The notes under the pieces are model-generated. The model worked only from the letters and a program-made list of their open reading frames with translations, was not told the origin of the DNA and did no database searches. The translations under genes were made by a program, and so were the position numbers. A stretch of DNA of 64,000 bases from a virus: IMG/VR virus record IMGVR_UViG_3300007960_000002, positions 4,038 to 68,037 of that record. One strand, 5' to 3'. Positions 48,040-59,800 of this stretch are shown piece by piece; the stretch's first letter is position 1; the number at the start of each line of letters is the position of its first letter.

Positions 48040-48443
48040 TCTTTATCCTCAAAAATAATATGTTGAATACCTTTCTTTTCTACCAACTCTTTTACTTTAT
48101 CTACTTCACTGTCTTTCTCCCCATTATCAAAAATAACAACTAAATCTGAATTATCTACAATTTGAATGTTACGAAGAAAGAAATAATTATTATCAAACTT
48201 ACCTTTTTGTGACTCCTCTTTATATAATTTCCTAGAAACAGTTGTCCAAGGTTTAAACTTCACTGTATCATATTCAGTCTTTAAATAATCATAAGCAATA
48301 GTTTGTGCTCCCTGTGCGCCTCCCCATAATACTGTAACACATTCATTACGGTGTTCTGCCATTTCACTTAATAGCCTATCAATATTTTCTTTGATAAAAC
48401 TATCGTTTTTAAAGTTTCTCTGTCCAAAAAAAGAAATCTTCAT
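48036..48443 (-). CDS. SLOG-family (YspA/DUF2493-like) nucleotide-binding protein
   Basis: FFGQRNF, GGAQGA, RNIQIVDNSDLVVIF. Confidence 0.7.
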   Translation of the reverse strand: MKISFFGQRNFKNDSFIKENIDRLLSEMAEHRNECVTVLWGGAQGAQTIAYDYLKTEYDTVKFKPWTTVSRKLYKEESQKGKFDNNYFFLRNIQIVDNSDLVVIFDNGEKDSEVDKVKELVEKKGIQHIIFEDKE

Positions 48444-48799
48444 TTAATAATTTCTCCAGTATTTACATTAATCTTTTGTTTATCTTCTTCTCTATATCTA
48501 ATATCTTCGTATGTTTCTGCGGCCTCCCATTCTTCATTAGTTGGTCTGGTGGTTGATGTGTCATTAGCTTTTTTCTTCCTTTCCCACCATGTATCAATTA
48601 CATTCCATTGAGTAATAGGCATAATATCACTAGGGAATAATCCAAACTTATTTAACTCTCTGAGACTAAGGCTTTTTCTCCTTTCTTTCTTTGCCTCTAT
48701 CTTAGTTTTATATACCCCCTTAATCTCTTTTATTCCAGTTGTAGGGTCTAGCTTCTGTAGAATAAAAACATTTTTGCATTGATTGAATATCTTTTTCAT
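48440..48799 (-). CDS. Hypothetical protein
   Basis: Coupled ORF. Confidence 0.5.
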   Translation of the reverse strand: MKKIFNQCKNVFILQKLDPTTGIKEIKGVYKTKIEAKKERRKSLSLRELNKFGLFPSDIMPITQWNVIDTWWERKKKANDTSTTRPTNEEWEAAETYEDIRYREEDKQKINVNTGEIIK

Positions 48800-49019
48800 C
48801 TGAAAATCTCTCTAACATTCGTCTGTCTAGTTCTTTAGATAACCATTCTCCAAACTTCTCTCTAGCAGCAGCTCTAAAATCTTCTACTGTAGGTTTAGGT
48901 TTGGGATTAAGTTCTTCCAATACCTCTTCTAATAATTTTTCCTCAGAGGTCAACGACTTCACAAACTCCTCCAGTACATGAATATGTTTGGACACCTTTG
49001 GTGTGATCTTCCTTTTCAT
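48720..49019 (-). CDS. Hypothetical protein overlapping the nrdJ 3' end
   Basis: AGGAGA RBS lies inside the nrdJ coding sequence. Confidence 0.45.
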   Translation of the reverse strand: MKRKITPKVSKHIHVLEEFVKSLTSEEKLLEEVLEELNPKPKPTVEDFRAAAREKFGEWLSKELDRRMLERFSDEKDIQSMQKCFYSTEARPYNWNKRD

Positions 49020-52000
49020 AATCTCCTAATTTAGACCAATCAACATCTTTAGGCATATTTTCTAAAAGAGTATTATATTCTTCTTCGCTAATTTCTTGAT
49101 AAGGGGCTTGTTTATATGTATGATTTGAATGAGGAAGAAAACTAATTCCACTAATCTCATCAAAATATTTATAAACCCATGCTCCTACTTCCATCCATTC
49201 TTCATCCTTTACATATACAGTAATAGAGGGTTTATGTTCACACCAATGCCTTTGATATGTTAACCAAAGCTCTAACTGTTCAATAGCTGTTCTATCATCC
49301 CTAAATATAGAATTCTCTGGAGATTTAATAGGGAAACTAAATACAGATACACTATCAGGCTTATTCTGTGCATCTTCTACAGGAAATCCAACATCAGTCA
49401 TATACTTTGCTAATGGATCTTTTTTATCAGCTCGTACAGTTCTAATATAGTATGGAGAGTGACGAGAATGAATGCCACTAGCGCTGTCCACCAACTGAGA
49501 GACAGTACCGGAAGGCTTACAAAAGTTCAACATCAGTCGTTACCTGATGCCCGTTTTAGGCGGTAGTAATGAGTTTTACTGATTCCAAACTTTCTCTTAG
49601 CTTCTTTAAAAGAATATTTTAAAATTTCTTCTGCACAATATGTGTCTTGTTTTGCCCAATATTCTTTAGAAACTTTAGAAAATAAACGTTTATTTTCATC
49701 AGTATGATTCATACCTAAAGCTGGTTTTCTACCTTGACGTTTAGACCTTAACTTCTTTTTCCAACCTTCAACGTCCTGTACCACAAAACCACCTTCACCG
49801 CCTTTAGCTAAATTAAGGATATTATGTTTTAAATTTCTAGCTTCTTCAATTAGAGTGATTTCTTTTTCACAACACTCTTGATGAGTTAAACTATCATCTT
49901 TTAACACAATAATAAAATCATTATACTTTCTCATGCAGTCATATAAAGGGGATTTAACGCCCCCTTTTGCACAAGATTTATGCTGATTTAATCTAGTTTG
50001 TAACTTGTTTTTAGTGATACCGATATAATACCACTTAGTAGATCTACTTACTAGATAATAAACCTTATAATTAGCTACACTGCCCTCAGATTTCTCTGGG
50101 GATCGGACTATATCTTCCTCTTTAGTAAGAGGCCCTGCACTTCCACAACACTTGTTGTGTACTCCGTCTTCACGGATAGTCTCTGAACCTTCCTCATTAG
50201 AGGCTTGGCTGCTGATTGCCATATCTTTCGACTTAGGTTTCCAGCAGTTCACAGGGTTATCCATCATTAGTTACCTAATGTGGGTGCTAATTCATTAACA
50301 CAAGTGATAGCGGCAGCAGGGTTAATCCCAAGTTTAGCAGCCCACTCTTTATTTGTAATAATTGCTTCATTACGCATCTCTTCTAAAAACTCTTCTAAGT
50401 TTCTTGGTAATTCACCAGTACCACTTACTGTCCATGTACTACTACCATTTAACACAGGATGATCCATAATACCAGTTAGTGATACACCAAGTAATGCTTC
50501 TTCCTCTGTATTTTCTTTCCACTTCTTAGAAAGATAACGGAAATTTACTAATGATGCTTGAAGTGTACCAAGGATTGTAGCAGCTCGTACTTTCCTTTTA
50601 AGGTCGTCCATCGTGTCACTATGTCTAACCACAACTTCTGAGAGGTTACAAAATTGCCTGTCTCGGAGAATAATTTCAGAGCATGGATTTGTTCCAAAAT
50701 CAAACTCTGCATTTCTTCTTCCGTTTTTCTCAGCTTGTTTTTTACTCGCTTCTCTGTTAAAGATGCCACGTTCTCCACTTTTACTCTCCACTAAGGCAAG
50801 CCATTCTCTCATAAATGTTTCAGCATCTGGCTTTTCTGTATAAGCTACAGAATTATTAGCTAGTTCATATTCTTTATGGTCTACCCACCACTGACCAGAC
50901 TTAGCATGACGCATCCTATCATCACTAAGATTAGAGAGACTGATTAATGCACTTCTACGACTATTTGGACTATATCTTTACATTTAATGTATCGGACGCT
51001 ATTTAGTGTTTGTATTTCCATATTCACTTAGTCTCTGAACCTTCCTCATCATGAGGCTTGGCTGCTGATTGGTTTTCACTTTCCAGCAATTCATCCGACG
51101 CTTGGGGCTCGTAGTATTTAACTAGGTAATTATTTAACATTGTATTTTTCTTCACATTCTTCAAATAAGGTGTTAAACTATCCAAGAAGGGCTTGTTCTT
51201 CTCTGTGTTTTGAGCTTGAAGTCTCCAGACATTATCACCATGCTGCCTTAATGTCGTAGGTACATTAAATCTCTCAAAAATTGATTGAAGATCACTTAAA
51301 AATAGTTCACTTTCATGTGTAATAAAAAAGCGTAATCTTGGTGTTCTACAATCTTTTCTATTAGTGACGGTTATAAACCCATCGGCATCTATACATCCAG
51401 CAAGATAAGGCAAAAGGAAGTCTTGTTTAATCCCAACAATTCTTCTATCTTTCTTATATTTAAATATACCAAACTTATTAAAAGAGTGGTTCATTTTAGC
51501 TGGAAATCTTAGTTCAAATACATTATTTCTAGCTGTAACCTTTTTTGAAGATTTTTTACCTACATTATAAACAACCCTATCAGGGCAATACCTATTATTG
51601 AAATGATTAATAATATGTTCTTCAGTGCTGCTTACCATCATAAAAGGGTATTTAGAATTAATATAACCCCCATCACAAGCCATATATCCAATTAAATAAG
51701 CAGTGAAATTATTCTCAATTTTATCAAATACTCTACAATGTTTTTTACTACCCTTATCTGTGTACTCGATTACTCTTTCCATAGGATTTCTCCTCTATCA
51801 GATTTAAAACTGAAAGGCTTAGTTTCTTGCCTCTACCCCGCCGACAACGACGATGTCTGCAATTTTACAAACAAGGCCATGCACTTCAATAGATGTAAGC
51901 TTACGGCCAGTAGCATTACGGAACAAATTAACAGAATAATTAAATAAATCATCTAATGGTTCTGGACCCGATGCCCTGCCTCCAAATGTTTTGAGTGGGG

Positions 52001-52532
52001 CACCTGCGGGGCGAATCTTAGACAAGTCCCATTTCGGGATTTTACCAGAGTAAAGAAGGCTGAGGAGTTCTCTAAATCCAGTAGCCCAACCGATTTTGCT
52101 ATCTGTAATAACGATTGACGTTTCACTCTCGTACATTTCCTCAGCTATAGTTGGTAGTTTGCTCACTTCTTGACGTTCACAACTAAAACCTACTCCAGTT
52201 CCACACATAAGGATATACATTAATTCATCAAAAGCACGTTGTCTATTAATGGCAACATAAGAACAATTATATCCTGCTACTTCATCTCTATTTAATGCTT
52301 CACCTGCTGTCATTAAAGATCTCATGCTGGGCATAATTTCTAGATCATAAATTGCTTGCTGTAATTCTGATCTAATACCCTTTACACTATCTGGAAACCT
52401 ATTCTCCCAAAAATCCATCAATCTACAAACAGTTTCGCTCCAAGATTCCCTCCGATTCTCATTAGGAAGCCATCTAGCATAGCGCGAAAGCGCAATAAAT
52501 TCGCCATATTGTGGGTATGAATGCTTATTCAT
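48943..52532 (-). CDS. nrdJ: Class II (B12-dependent) ribonucleotide reductase in three exons: 52532-51835, 50960-50298, 49519-48943 (645 aa spliced)
   Basis: GYNCSY, GTNPCSEI, FCNLSE and C-terminal CTGGVC; splicing restores VVGGVRRSA and TCVKPSGT in frame. Confidence 0.92.
49520..50297 (-). mobile_element. Group I intron 2 in nrdJ
   Basis: 5' splice after U in P1 (GTGT/GCAC), P AACTGCTGGAAA, Q AATCAGCAG, R TTCAGAGACTA, S AAGATATAGTCC, terminal G. Confidence 0.9.
49533..50267 (-). CDS. Intron-encoded GIY-YIG homing endonuclease
   Basis: KVY...YYIG.T, RLNQH, conserved E, LNLAKGG, NUMOD3-like GMNHTDE. Confidence 0.85.
   Translation of the reverse strand: MMDNPVNCWKPKSKDMAISSQASNEEGSETIREDGVHNKCCGSAGPLTKEEDIVRSPEKSEGSVANYKVYYLVSRSTKWYYIGITKNKLQTRLNQHKSCAKGGVKSPLYDCMRKYNDFIIVLKDDSLTHQECCEKEITLIEEARNLKHNILNLAKGGEGGFVVQDVEGWKKKLRSKRQGRKPALGMNHTDENKRLFSKVSKEYWAKQDTYCAEEILKYSFKEAKRKFGISKTHYYRLKRASGND
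50961..51834 (-). mobile_element. Group I intron 1 in nrdJ
   Basis: P1 GGGGT/GCCTT with a U-G splice pair, P AATTGCTGGAAA, Q AATCAGCAG, R TTCAGAGACTA, S AAGATATAGTCC, terminal G. Confidence 0.9.
51024..51782 (-). CDS. Intron-encoded double-motif LAGLIDADG endonuclease
   Basis: YLIGYMACDG and YLAGCIDADG; own AGGAG RBS. Confidence 0.9.
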   Translation of the reverse strand: MERVIEYTDKGSKKHCRVFDKIENNFTAYLIGYMACDGGYINSKYPFMMVSSTEEHIINHFNNRYCPDRVVYNVGKKSSKKVTARNNVFELRFPAKMNHSFNKFGIFKYKKDRRIVGIKQDFLLPYLAGCIDADGFITVTNRKDCRTPRLRFFITHESELFLSDLQSIFERFNVPTTLRQHGDNVWRLQAQNTEKNKPFLDSLTPYLKNVKKNTMLNNYLVKYYEPQASDELLESENQSAAKPHDEEGSETK

Positions 52533-52773
52533 TTTCTAATTCTTTCTCCTTTTCTTCTAGTGCAGAAAGAAACTTTGATTTTTCTTTAGCTTTTAACCAA
52601 CGCTTCTCAATCTCTTCAATTTGTTTTTTCTTACCAAGCCCGTTTTCCATGCGATTAGCCATAGATTGAGCTTCTTCAATTAATCCCTCTAAATAAGAAA
52701 AGTTTTTAGTTTCATTGCATTTTCTCATTTCATGAAAGACATCACAAATTACTCTATTTAAATAATAATCCAT
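52525..52773 (-). CDS. Conserved small phage protein
   Basis: CDVFHEMRKC...GLIEEAQSMANRME. Confidence 0.6.
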   Translation of the reverse strand: MDYYLNRVICDVFHEMRKCNETKNFSYLEGLIEEAQSMANRMENGLGKKKQIEEIEKRWLKAKEKSKFLSALEEKEKELENE

Positions 52774-52776
52774 TGT

Positions 52777-53217
52777 TTATTCCTCAATTTTTAAACCATA
52801 ATCAATTTTCTTTAATTCAGATATCTTTTTAGCTAAATCTATCTTTATTTCTCTCAACCCTGGATTAGCTTTTTTATATCCATTCCCATATAGGTCAGGT
52901 AATTCACAAAAGTTAATTGCTAGCTTGGCCTGTGGCTGCTTTTCAAATAAATAAGGTTCGATTTGCTTTAAGAAATTATTGGCTGCTTTTTTATTTGAAA
53001 TCCTCCATTGATAAATGGATCTATGATTCTCATTAGATTTATTTCTAACAGAAACCGTTCCTCCAAAAAAATCTTTCATTCGTTCTAAAAATGGCTTATG
53101 AGTATTTGTAATAAATACATGTATACCAAATCCATTATCTCGTTTGTTTTGAACTATCCTAATGCACCCCTCCCCATCAAAATACCCTGCAATATAGGCT
53201 AAAGTGTTACTGTTCAA
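52777..53217 (-). CDS. Free-standing single-motif LAGLIDADG endonuclease
   Basis: YIAGYFDGEG, PYLFEK..QA. Confidence 0.85.
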   Translation of the reverse strand: MNSNTLAYIAGYFDGEGCIRIVQNKRDNGFGIHVFITNTHKPFLERMKDFFGGTVSVRNKSNENHRSIYQWRISNKKAANNFLKQIEPYLFEKQPQAKLAINFCELPDLYGNGYKKANPGLREIKIDLAKKISELKKIDYGLKIEE

Positions 53218-54076
53218 TTATTTGTCTCCATTGTAGCCATCCCCTTGCATTTCCACTCCAATATCTACCATCCCTGTCTAGATGGGTAGTCCCTCTTTCC
53301 CAGTCTTTACCAGCCTTTAGCCTACTCTCAGTAAGATGTGATTCTTTCATAGGAGTTAGACAGTGCTCGAAAGGTGACATATGACCGGAAGATAATAAGA
53401 AGTTGTACAATTCAATATCCTTGTTAATATCTGGCTGACTTCCATCATGGTTATTATAAGAAACACGGGCACACCTCGCTATTGAACATTTAATTGCATT
53501 CTCAATACCTACATTATTAACATTCAACTCTTCAAATATATTAATATAAGGTAAATGATATTCTCCTGGTTTTAATACTTCAGGGGTACTCTCATCCATC
53601 GCTTCTTTCATACATCTAGCCAGCTCTTGTATTTCTGGTTGAGCATCCTTAGCTAAACGTAACTTAAAGAAGTTATCCCATTCCGTAGCTGTTACAATTT
53701 TCTTCTGTAACATCCATGGTTCTAGGTAACGATTTAAGTGTTGTTTGTGGATTATGTTTTCATATTCATGTAACATAACTTGAAGATCATCATAATAACT
53801 CTCTATATCGAATTTAAACCTTCCACGATCTCTTATTTCAATTTGCTCATATCCTTGCATTCCTTTTTGTTTCTTTCTAATATCTTCTGGAGTATACATT
53901 TCTTTCAACGGACCAAATGGAATAGCTCTAGATGAAGAAGAATTAGATGACAACATCCTGTGCTTTTCAAACTCAGCATCAATAAACTTAGGGGCTTGAG
54001 TTTCAATTGTTGTTAAACGAATACCACTCTGTGAAATACTATCTGCAATTATCTTTGCTGTAATTTGATTACTCAT
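53207..54076 (-). CDS. thyX: Flavin-dependent thymidylate synthase
   Basis: EFEKHRMLSSNSSSSRAIP, FFKLR..AQPEI, SIARCARVSY, HMSPFEH. Confidence 0.88.
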   Translation of the reverse strand: MSNQITAKIIADSISQSGIRLTTIETQAPKFIDAEFEKHRMLSSNSSSSRAIPFGPLKEMYTPEDIRKKQKGMQGYEQIEIRDRGRFKFDIESYYDDLQVMLHEYENIIHKQHLNRYLEPWMLQKKIVTATEWDNFFKLRLAKDAQPEIQELARCMKEAMDESTPEVLKPGEYHLPYINIFEELNVNNVGIENAIKCSIARCARVSYNNHDGSQPDINKDIELYNFLLSSGHMSPFEHCLTPMKESHLTESRLKAGKDWERGTTHLDRDGRYWSGNARGWLQWRQIIEQ

Positions 54077-54112
54077 TCACATCCCTTCTTTATAGCTTTT
54101 CTTGTAGCTTCA

Positions 54113-54370
54113 TTATTTGTATGGTCTAAAATTATGTAATGGACAATTTAATGATTGACATGTTTGAATTGTAATCTTAGTTTCTTTCTTACCATCTGCA
54201 CCACCGCCGGCACAATCCCAACATTTAGCATAGATAGCTATTGACCTTGACTTAGGATTTTCTTTTGCTTTCTGGTAGAAGTCTTTATGTACTACCTTCT
54301 CACCATTAGCTTTCATTTCAGCTTTCTTTTGTTGAGCTATTAATAAAGCTTTATTCATTAAATACTCCAT
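54113..54370 (-). CDS. Small Cys4 Zn-binding phage protein
   Basis: CWDC...CQSLNCPL. Confidence 0.6.
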   Translation of the reverse strand: MEYLMNKALLIAQQKKAEMKANGEKVVHKDFYQKAKENPKSRSIAIYAKCWDCAGGGADGKKETKITIQTCQSLNCPLHNFRPYK

Positions 54371-54844
54371 ATCTGATTGCTTGCTCTAGGTCTAGTTTGG
54401 CTACCCATGGATTAATAATTCTATGTTTAATCATTTTATTAATTGTATTAATATCATCTTGATTAACTAAACTAAGATTACATATACTACTATCAACTTT
54501 AATCTGTGTTCTCCTATCATCAACATATTGTATATTCCATAGCGTATCACGTCCATAATTATTTTGTGCAATATTACAACTACGTACACAATTAAATCCA
54601 GCTATTTTATTAACTTGATTTGTTAAAATAGGACTAATCCCCGGATTTATGGCAAAATCAGCTTCCATAATAATTCTCTAATTCATTAATAATGTTAATT
54701 AACAGGTCTAAACTACATCCCATTAATTGCCCTTTAGCCCAGGTCCATTCTTCTTTATAATGGTCAAATCTAATAACTGTCAGCCTTTCTCTAATAAATT
54801 CATCCGGTGGTTTATATGTAATTATATACCTAATTAACTGGTCT

Positions 54845-55132
54845 TTAGTCTCTAGTACTTTCTTCACCACATAACTCCTGTAACATTGAATCAATACAGA
54901 ACCTAGCTTTTCTTAGATCCTCTACTCTATTCTTTGCATACCAACGTAAGAGGTATTTGATAGCATTAGAATAGTCATAAGCTAGCTCTGCCCCTTGTCC
55001 ATCATAAGCTTTAACTACACCTGCTATTCTATCCTTAATAACATCCCTTACTTCATTACATTCACTATTGAATTGATAGTGAGAAGGTTTTGATACGTTA
55101 TCGTTCATTACCATCACCTTGAATAACTCCAC
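54845..55132 (-). CDS. DUF3310-family protein
   Basis: DNVSKPSHY, NAIKYLLR..KN..EDLRKA. Confidence 0.8.
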   Translation of the reverse strand: MELFKVMVMNDNVSKPSHYQFNSECNEVRDVIKDRIAGVVKAYDGQGAELAYDYSNAIKYLLRWYAKNRVEDLRKARFCIDSMLQELCGEESTRD

Positions 55133-55556
55133 GCTCTTTACGAGAAGTTAATTTGTTCATATTATTTTGAATGAATGCAGCAAAATGCATCTCTGAATAA
55201 TAATCTTTAAATATACATATTACATTTTCCATTAATTGTAAAACAACACCATCAATCTTTTTACCATCTCTAATCATTTTCTTAAGATTTTCTGCTATAT
55301 TAATTTGTATATAAGTTGGATCTCTTTCACAAAGAATATAATGTAAATCTTCTCCATAATAATTACATAATTGACTTAGATAATATAATACATCCCCTGC
55401 TTCTTTTTCATTATGTCCTGATTCATCCCACTCTTGTAATTCACCCCAAATACCTAAAGTTAAATAAAGAAGCTCATCTTGCTTATGTTCATTAGCACCT
55501 GGATACAATGCTGTTGTAGGGGTAAATTGTTGGTATTCTTGAAATAATTCTTTCAT
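55098..55556 (-). CDS. MazG-like nucleotide pyrophosphohydrolase
   Basis: LGIWGELQE, EAGDVLYY, NMNKLTSRKERGVIQGDGNER. Confidence 0.8.
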   Translation of the reverse strand: MKELFQEYQQFTPTTALYPGANEHKQDELLYLTLGIWGELQEWDESGHNEKEAGDVLYYLSQLCNYYGEDLHYILCERDPTYIQINIAENLKKMIRDGKKIDGVVLQLMENVICIFKDYYSEMHFAAFIQNNMNKLTSRKERGVIQGDGNER

Positions 55557-55587
55557 CTATCACCTTCGTTTTGTTGAGAGCAAATAC

Positions 55588-55615
55588 TTAGACAACACAG
55601 TTTTAAAAAAGTTCC
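55588..55615 (-). promoter_or_regulatory. ECF/sigmaE-type promoter for the mazG-thyX-nrdJ operon
   Basis: GGAACTT-TTTTAAAACTGTGTTG-TCTAA. Confidence 0.75.
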
Positions 55616-55680
55616 CTTAAAACTACATTTAATTTACTAAAACGGAAGGTCTACATCTACAGTGAGGTCAGCTCTAATTT

Positions 55681-56867
55681 TCATTTCATCAACTCTTGTA
55701 AAATAATATACTCTTTCATAGCGCATTTATGAAAACAGTCTTCTGGATATTTATCCACTATAATAGATTGTCCTATCTTAGTACATGAATAGCCACAAGA
55801 AGGATAACTTTCACCATAATCTTGTTCCCAGTAAATTAACCTAGAACATTGCTTTTGTTCACATATATCAGTTAGGTCCATAATTCCTTCACCGCTTGAA
55901 ACCCTTTGGCTTCTTTTAATATATTAAGAGGAAGTTCAAGTTTCTCTAATTCTTCAAAACAATTAAATTGAATATATGTATCACACCCTGTAATATTAGG
56001 ACCTCCAATAACAAAAGCTCTATTATTTTTAGACATACGCCAGTTAAAATAATATTTATCCCAATTCATTCATCACCATCCAAGTTTTATATCTTTCCTC
56101 TTCTTTCTTTGTAAGACAATAACACAGATCTATTTCTTCTTTAGTAAATAATGTAGTAGCTTCAATATCAGTCCTGTGTCTAATAATTATAATATTTCTT
56201 GTAGTATTTAATACAAACCTTGGTGAACCAATTAAATCAGAATACCTGTCAAGAAAAATAATTGTAGGGGTCTTTACCCATCGAAAGAAGTTTATAACAT
56301 TTCGTTTAATATCTCCCACAACTGCACCTCTTTTTTAGTTCCTTCAGGCCATTTAGACTCTTTTAAATTATAAAAGGGAATAAATAATCCATCACTATTC
56401 CTTTCCCAGTATAAAAAGGGAGTTTTATTATAAGTCTTTTTTGTATAAAGGGTAAATCTATCCCCTCTTAATACTATTTCACCATTAGTTATCCATCTCA
56501 TTAATAACACTCCAAACTTTTGCTTTATGGGACTCTTCATCTGGAATATTTCCAAATTCTTTTATTCCTTCACTATTATATATATGGTCAACCCTTGGTT
56601 CTTCAAAATAAGCTATAAAAATTGGCATATTAAAGAGGTTAGAATAATATTCATCAAAATAAATTTTAGAAGCCCTCATTTTAATTCTCTCATCACTCTC
56701 CATTGTATCTCTTTCTGTTTTTCCTCATATGGAATATCATAAGAAAAATTCCCTAATACGCGTCTTATTAAACATCGGGGAATATTTTGTATTATGCAAT
56801 AAATAGGCTCCCCATAATAGTCACTAGTTATTTCATCAAATAAAACTTTAAAAGTCCTCATCTTCAA
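55681..56867 (-). other. Array of six overlapping small ORFs sharing a C-terminal motif
   Basis: ORFs 55681-55881, 55872-56069, 56056-56319, 56292-56555, 56485-56703 and 56676-56867. Confidence 0.6.
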
Positions 56868-59800
56868 CTAAATACTCCTCATACTTATTTAATGGGATTT
56901 CCGTAAGCCTTCCAGTATCTTTTTCATAAGCTAAATAACATGCAATTCCAGTTAAACCAGCATATCTATTCTTTAATACTCTAACGGTAGTAAGGTTAGC
57001 TAGTTTATCTGTTGGTGCTTGTTGATCACGCTCTAAACCGATTACAGCATCACTTAATTGAGCAATAGATTGACTACCACGTAAATGGGATAGAGTCACT
57101 TCTTTACCCCTTTCATGTCCTTTATCACCTTCAGTTCTACGTAGATGAGATACAAGGAAAAGGCCAGCTCCAGTTTCTTCCGTAAGAGTACGTAGTTTAG
57201 TCATAATACTATCAATTGTCTTACGTTCATCTCCACTATCTTGAGCAGAAACAACAATGGATAAATGGTCTAAAATAATCCATTTACAATCTAAAGCTTT
57301 TATTAAATACCTAACCCTATTTAATAAGTTGTCTTCACTAGTAGAGCCAAAATGATCATAGATAGCAATACGGCCAGTACCATGAGTATTCTCCCACCAT
57401 TTATCAACGAGTTTATTCCAATTAATTGGATCTTTTTGTTCTGCTTTATACCGTTCTTCTAAAATCATTAAAGGTTTATTAGCTTCAATAGACATCATTC
57501 CCCACATAGTCTTATCTGGAGATTCTTCTAAAGCTAAAACACCAATATTATCATCAGTTGTTTTATGAATCCAATGTGATAATTCTCTTGTGACAGCAGA
57601 TTTCCCTAATCCTGAATTTCCAGTAATAAAGATATTTTTACCTCTTCTAAGGACTAACATACCAGAGGGGACAGTAAAACAATATTTAAACCCATCTATT
57701 GTTTTATATTTTTTGAATGTTGGTGATGAAGTACTAGTTTTTCTAAATGATACGTTTGTTACCTCAGTTGTATAAACATTATACTCAGTATGACCTTTTT
57801 CATGTCTAGGTATAGTTAATAATGTTGCTCTCTTACCAATAGCAGAGAAAGCATATTGAATGAATTTAGCATCTTCTTCTATAGTAGAAAAGAAGACTGA
57901 TTTCTGATCGCCATCCCATTGGAGACATTCTTCACAAATAACTTCTAACTCTCTCTTTGTACAAATTCTATACCAATATTTACTATATGTTTTTTTCAAA
58001 AAAGGTGGTTTGAAATAAAAATCCGAATAATCTCCTCGTTGTTGCACTTTATATTTTATATTAGCTTCAGTTAATAGTTTATGTGCCCTTTTAATTTTTC
58101 TTCCTTTTTTTAAATTTACCCTACCAATATTTTTTTGTATACAACCATCTGCTTGGAACATAACTTGAACACGTAATTGTTCTTCAGTAAGGCCAGTTCC
58201 ATTATTTAATGGTGCTTCAAATGTTGTTAATATTTTTCCACGAAACCCTGTTGTCTGAGAATCATGAATTTCCCTAATTTCACGTAATATCTTCTCTCTT
58301 AAGACATTTGAGTTCTCTGTTTTATATATAACCCGATGTTCATCAGAAAGTACTTGATCAACCCCATACTTTGTTTTAATATGCCATAGATAATTAGTGG
58401 GCTTTTTAATATATCTCTGTGGGTAAACAAAAGATGTTGAACCATCTTTATGGTATTGAAGTACCATATCATAATTTTCTTTATAATTAGATATCTTTTT
58501 CCATCCATCATTTGATAAAAACTCGGTATCAGCGTCTACACAACCGGCTGTTAATGTAACTATCTCTCTTTCTCTAAATCCATATAATTTATCATTCCAT
58601 CCATTCCAGGGAAAGGGATGAGACTTAATATGTTTATTTTTATCTAATAGTCCACGTAAATCCTTTGTTTTAAAAATACCATCTGGATGAAACTCTTTAG
58701 CATTAAAGATAGATTGTTTAAATTCTTTAAGCTTTTTATTTTGCAGCATATCATTTGGATCTTTCTCACTAAAATTAGCGATCTTTACCTGCCCTGGGTT
58801 AAATAATTCTGCTATCTCCCTGGCAGCTTTCTTTCCTGGCCGGTCTTGATCAAATGCAAGAATAATAGTTTTAAATTTATCTAGCCATTCATATTGGTCT
58901 TTAATTGCCCTAACATTAGCACCATCTGGAAGAGATACTACATTATACCTATCTCCATTTTGTTTAGTCATCATCATCCATGCAGCGGCGGCATCACAGT
59001 TCCCAGAAATTGAGATACTACCTTTTTGCCTAACTAATAACATTCCAGATGGAACTGTTAAACAGTAAACCTTACCATTATATGGAATAGTTTTATATCC
59101 TCTTTGTGCTGCTGAAGATGTTTTATTTAAAAGAATTGAAACTTTATACCAAGATCCATATTGATTAGATCTTGGTATAATGGTAGAAACCCATCCATTT
59201 AAATGGGCTAGTGTTTGAACAAATTTTGCATTGTTATATAATTTAGAAGAATATTCTAATTGTTTTTTCCCTTGTACATAGTTTCCATCCCAATTAACAG
59301 CTTCCCAAAGAAAGGTAGAAATCTGACTACTATTAAATTTATAGATTAATGAATGGTCAAATTCTTTTGCCCAAATTCTCGAAATATCGTTTGTTTTAAA
59401 CACTCTATAATCTACATATCCATCATTCCTTGTATTTTTTGAATATTCTAGATTAAGATTTGATAAAATCCATTCTGCTCTCTCTCTTTTCCTATCTTTT
59501 TTAAAAGAAGCTCTAGGACCACCTTGAGTTAAACTATAACTCCAATCAGCAGAAAACATCACCATAGCCCTGATTTCCATATCAGAAAGGTCACACCGAT
59601 TATTATCCTCTAAACTATATAATACCCTTGGTATATTAAAGTGTTTATTAGAATCATCTCTTGCTTTTTGTTTAATTAAATTTCCATTATTTTTATTAAT
59701 CCTAACTAAATTATGGTCTGGTGTAGTAATTGATTCCCAAGATCCAGACTTATATTGTACTAAATCACCATTAAAATCTTTTTCTACTTTAAAATCAGGA

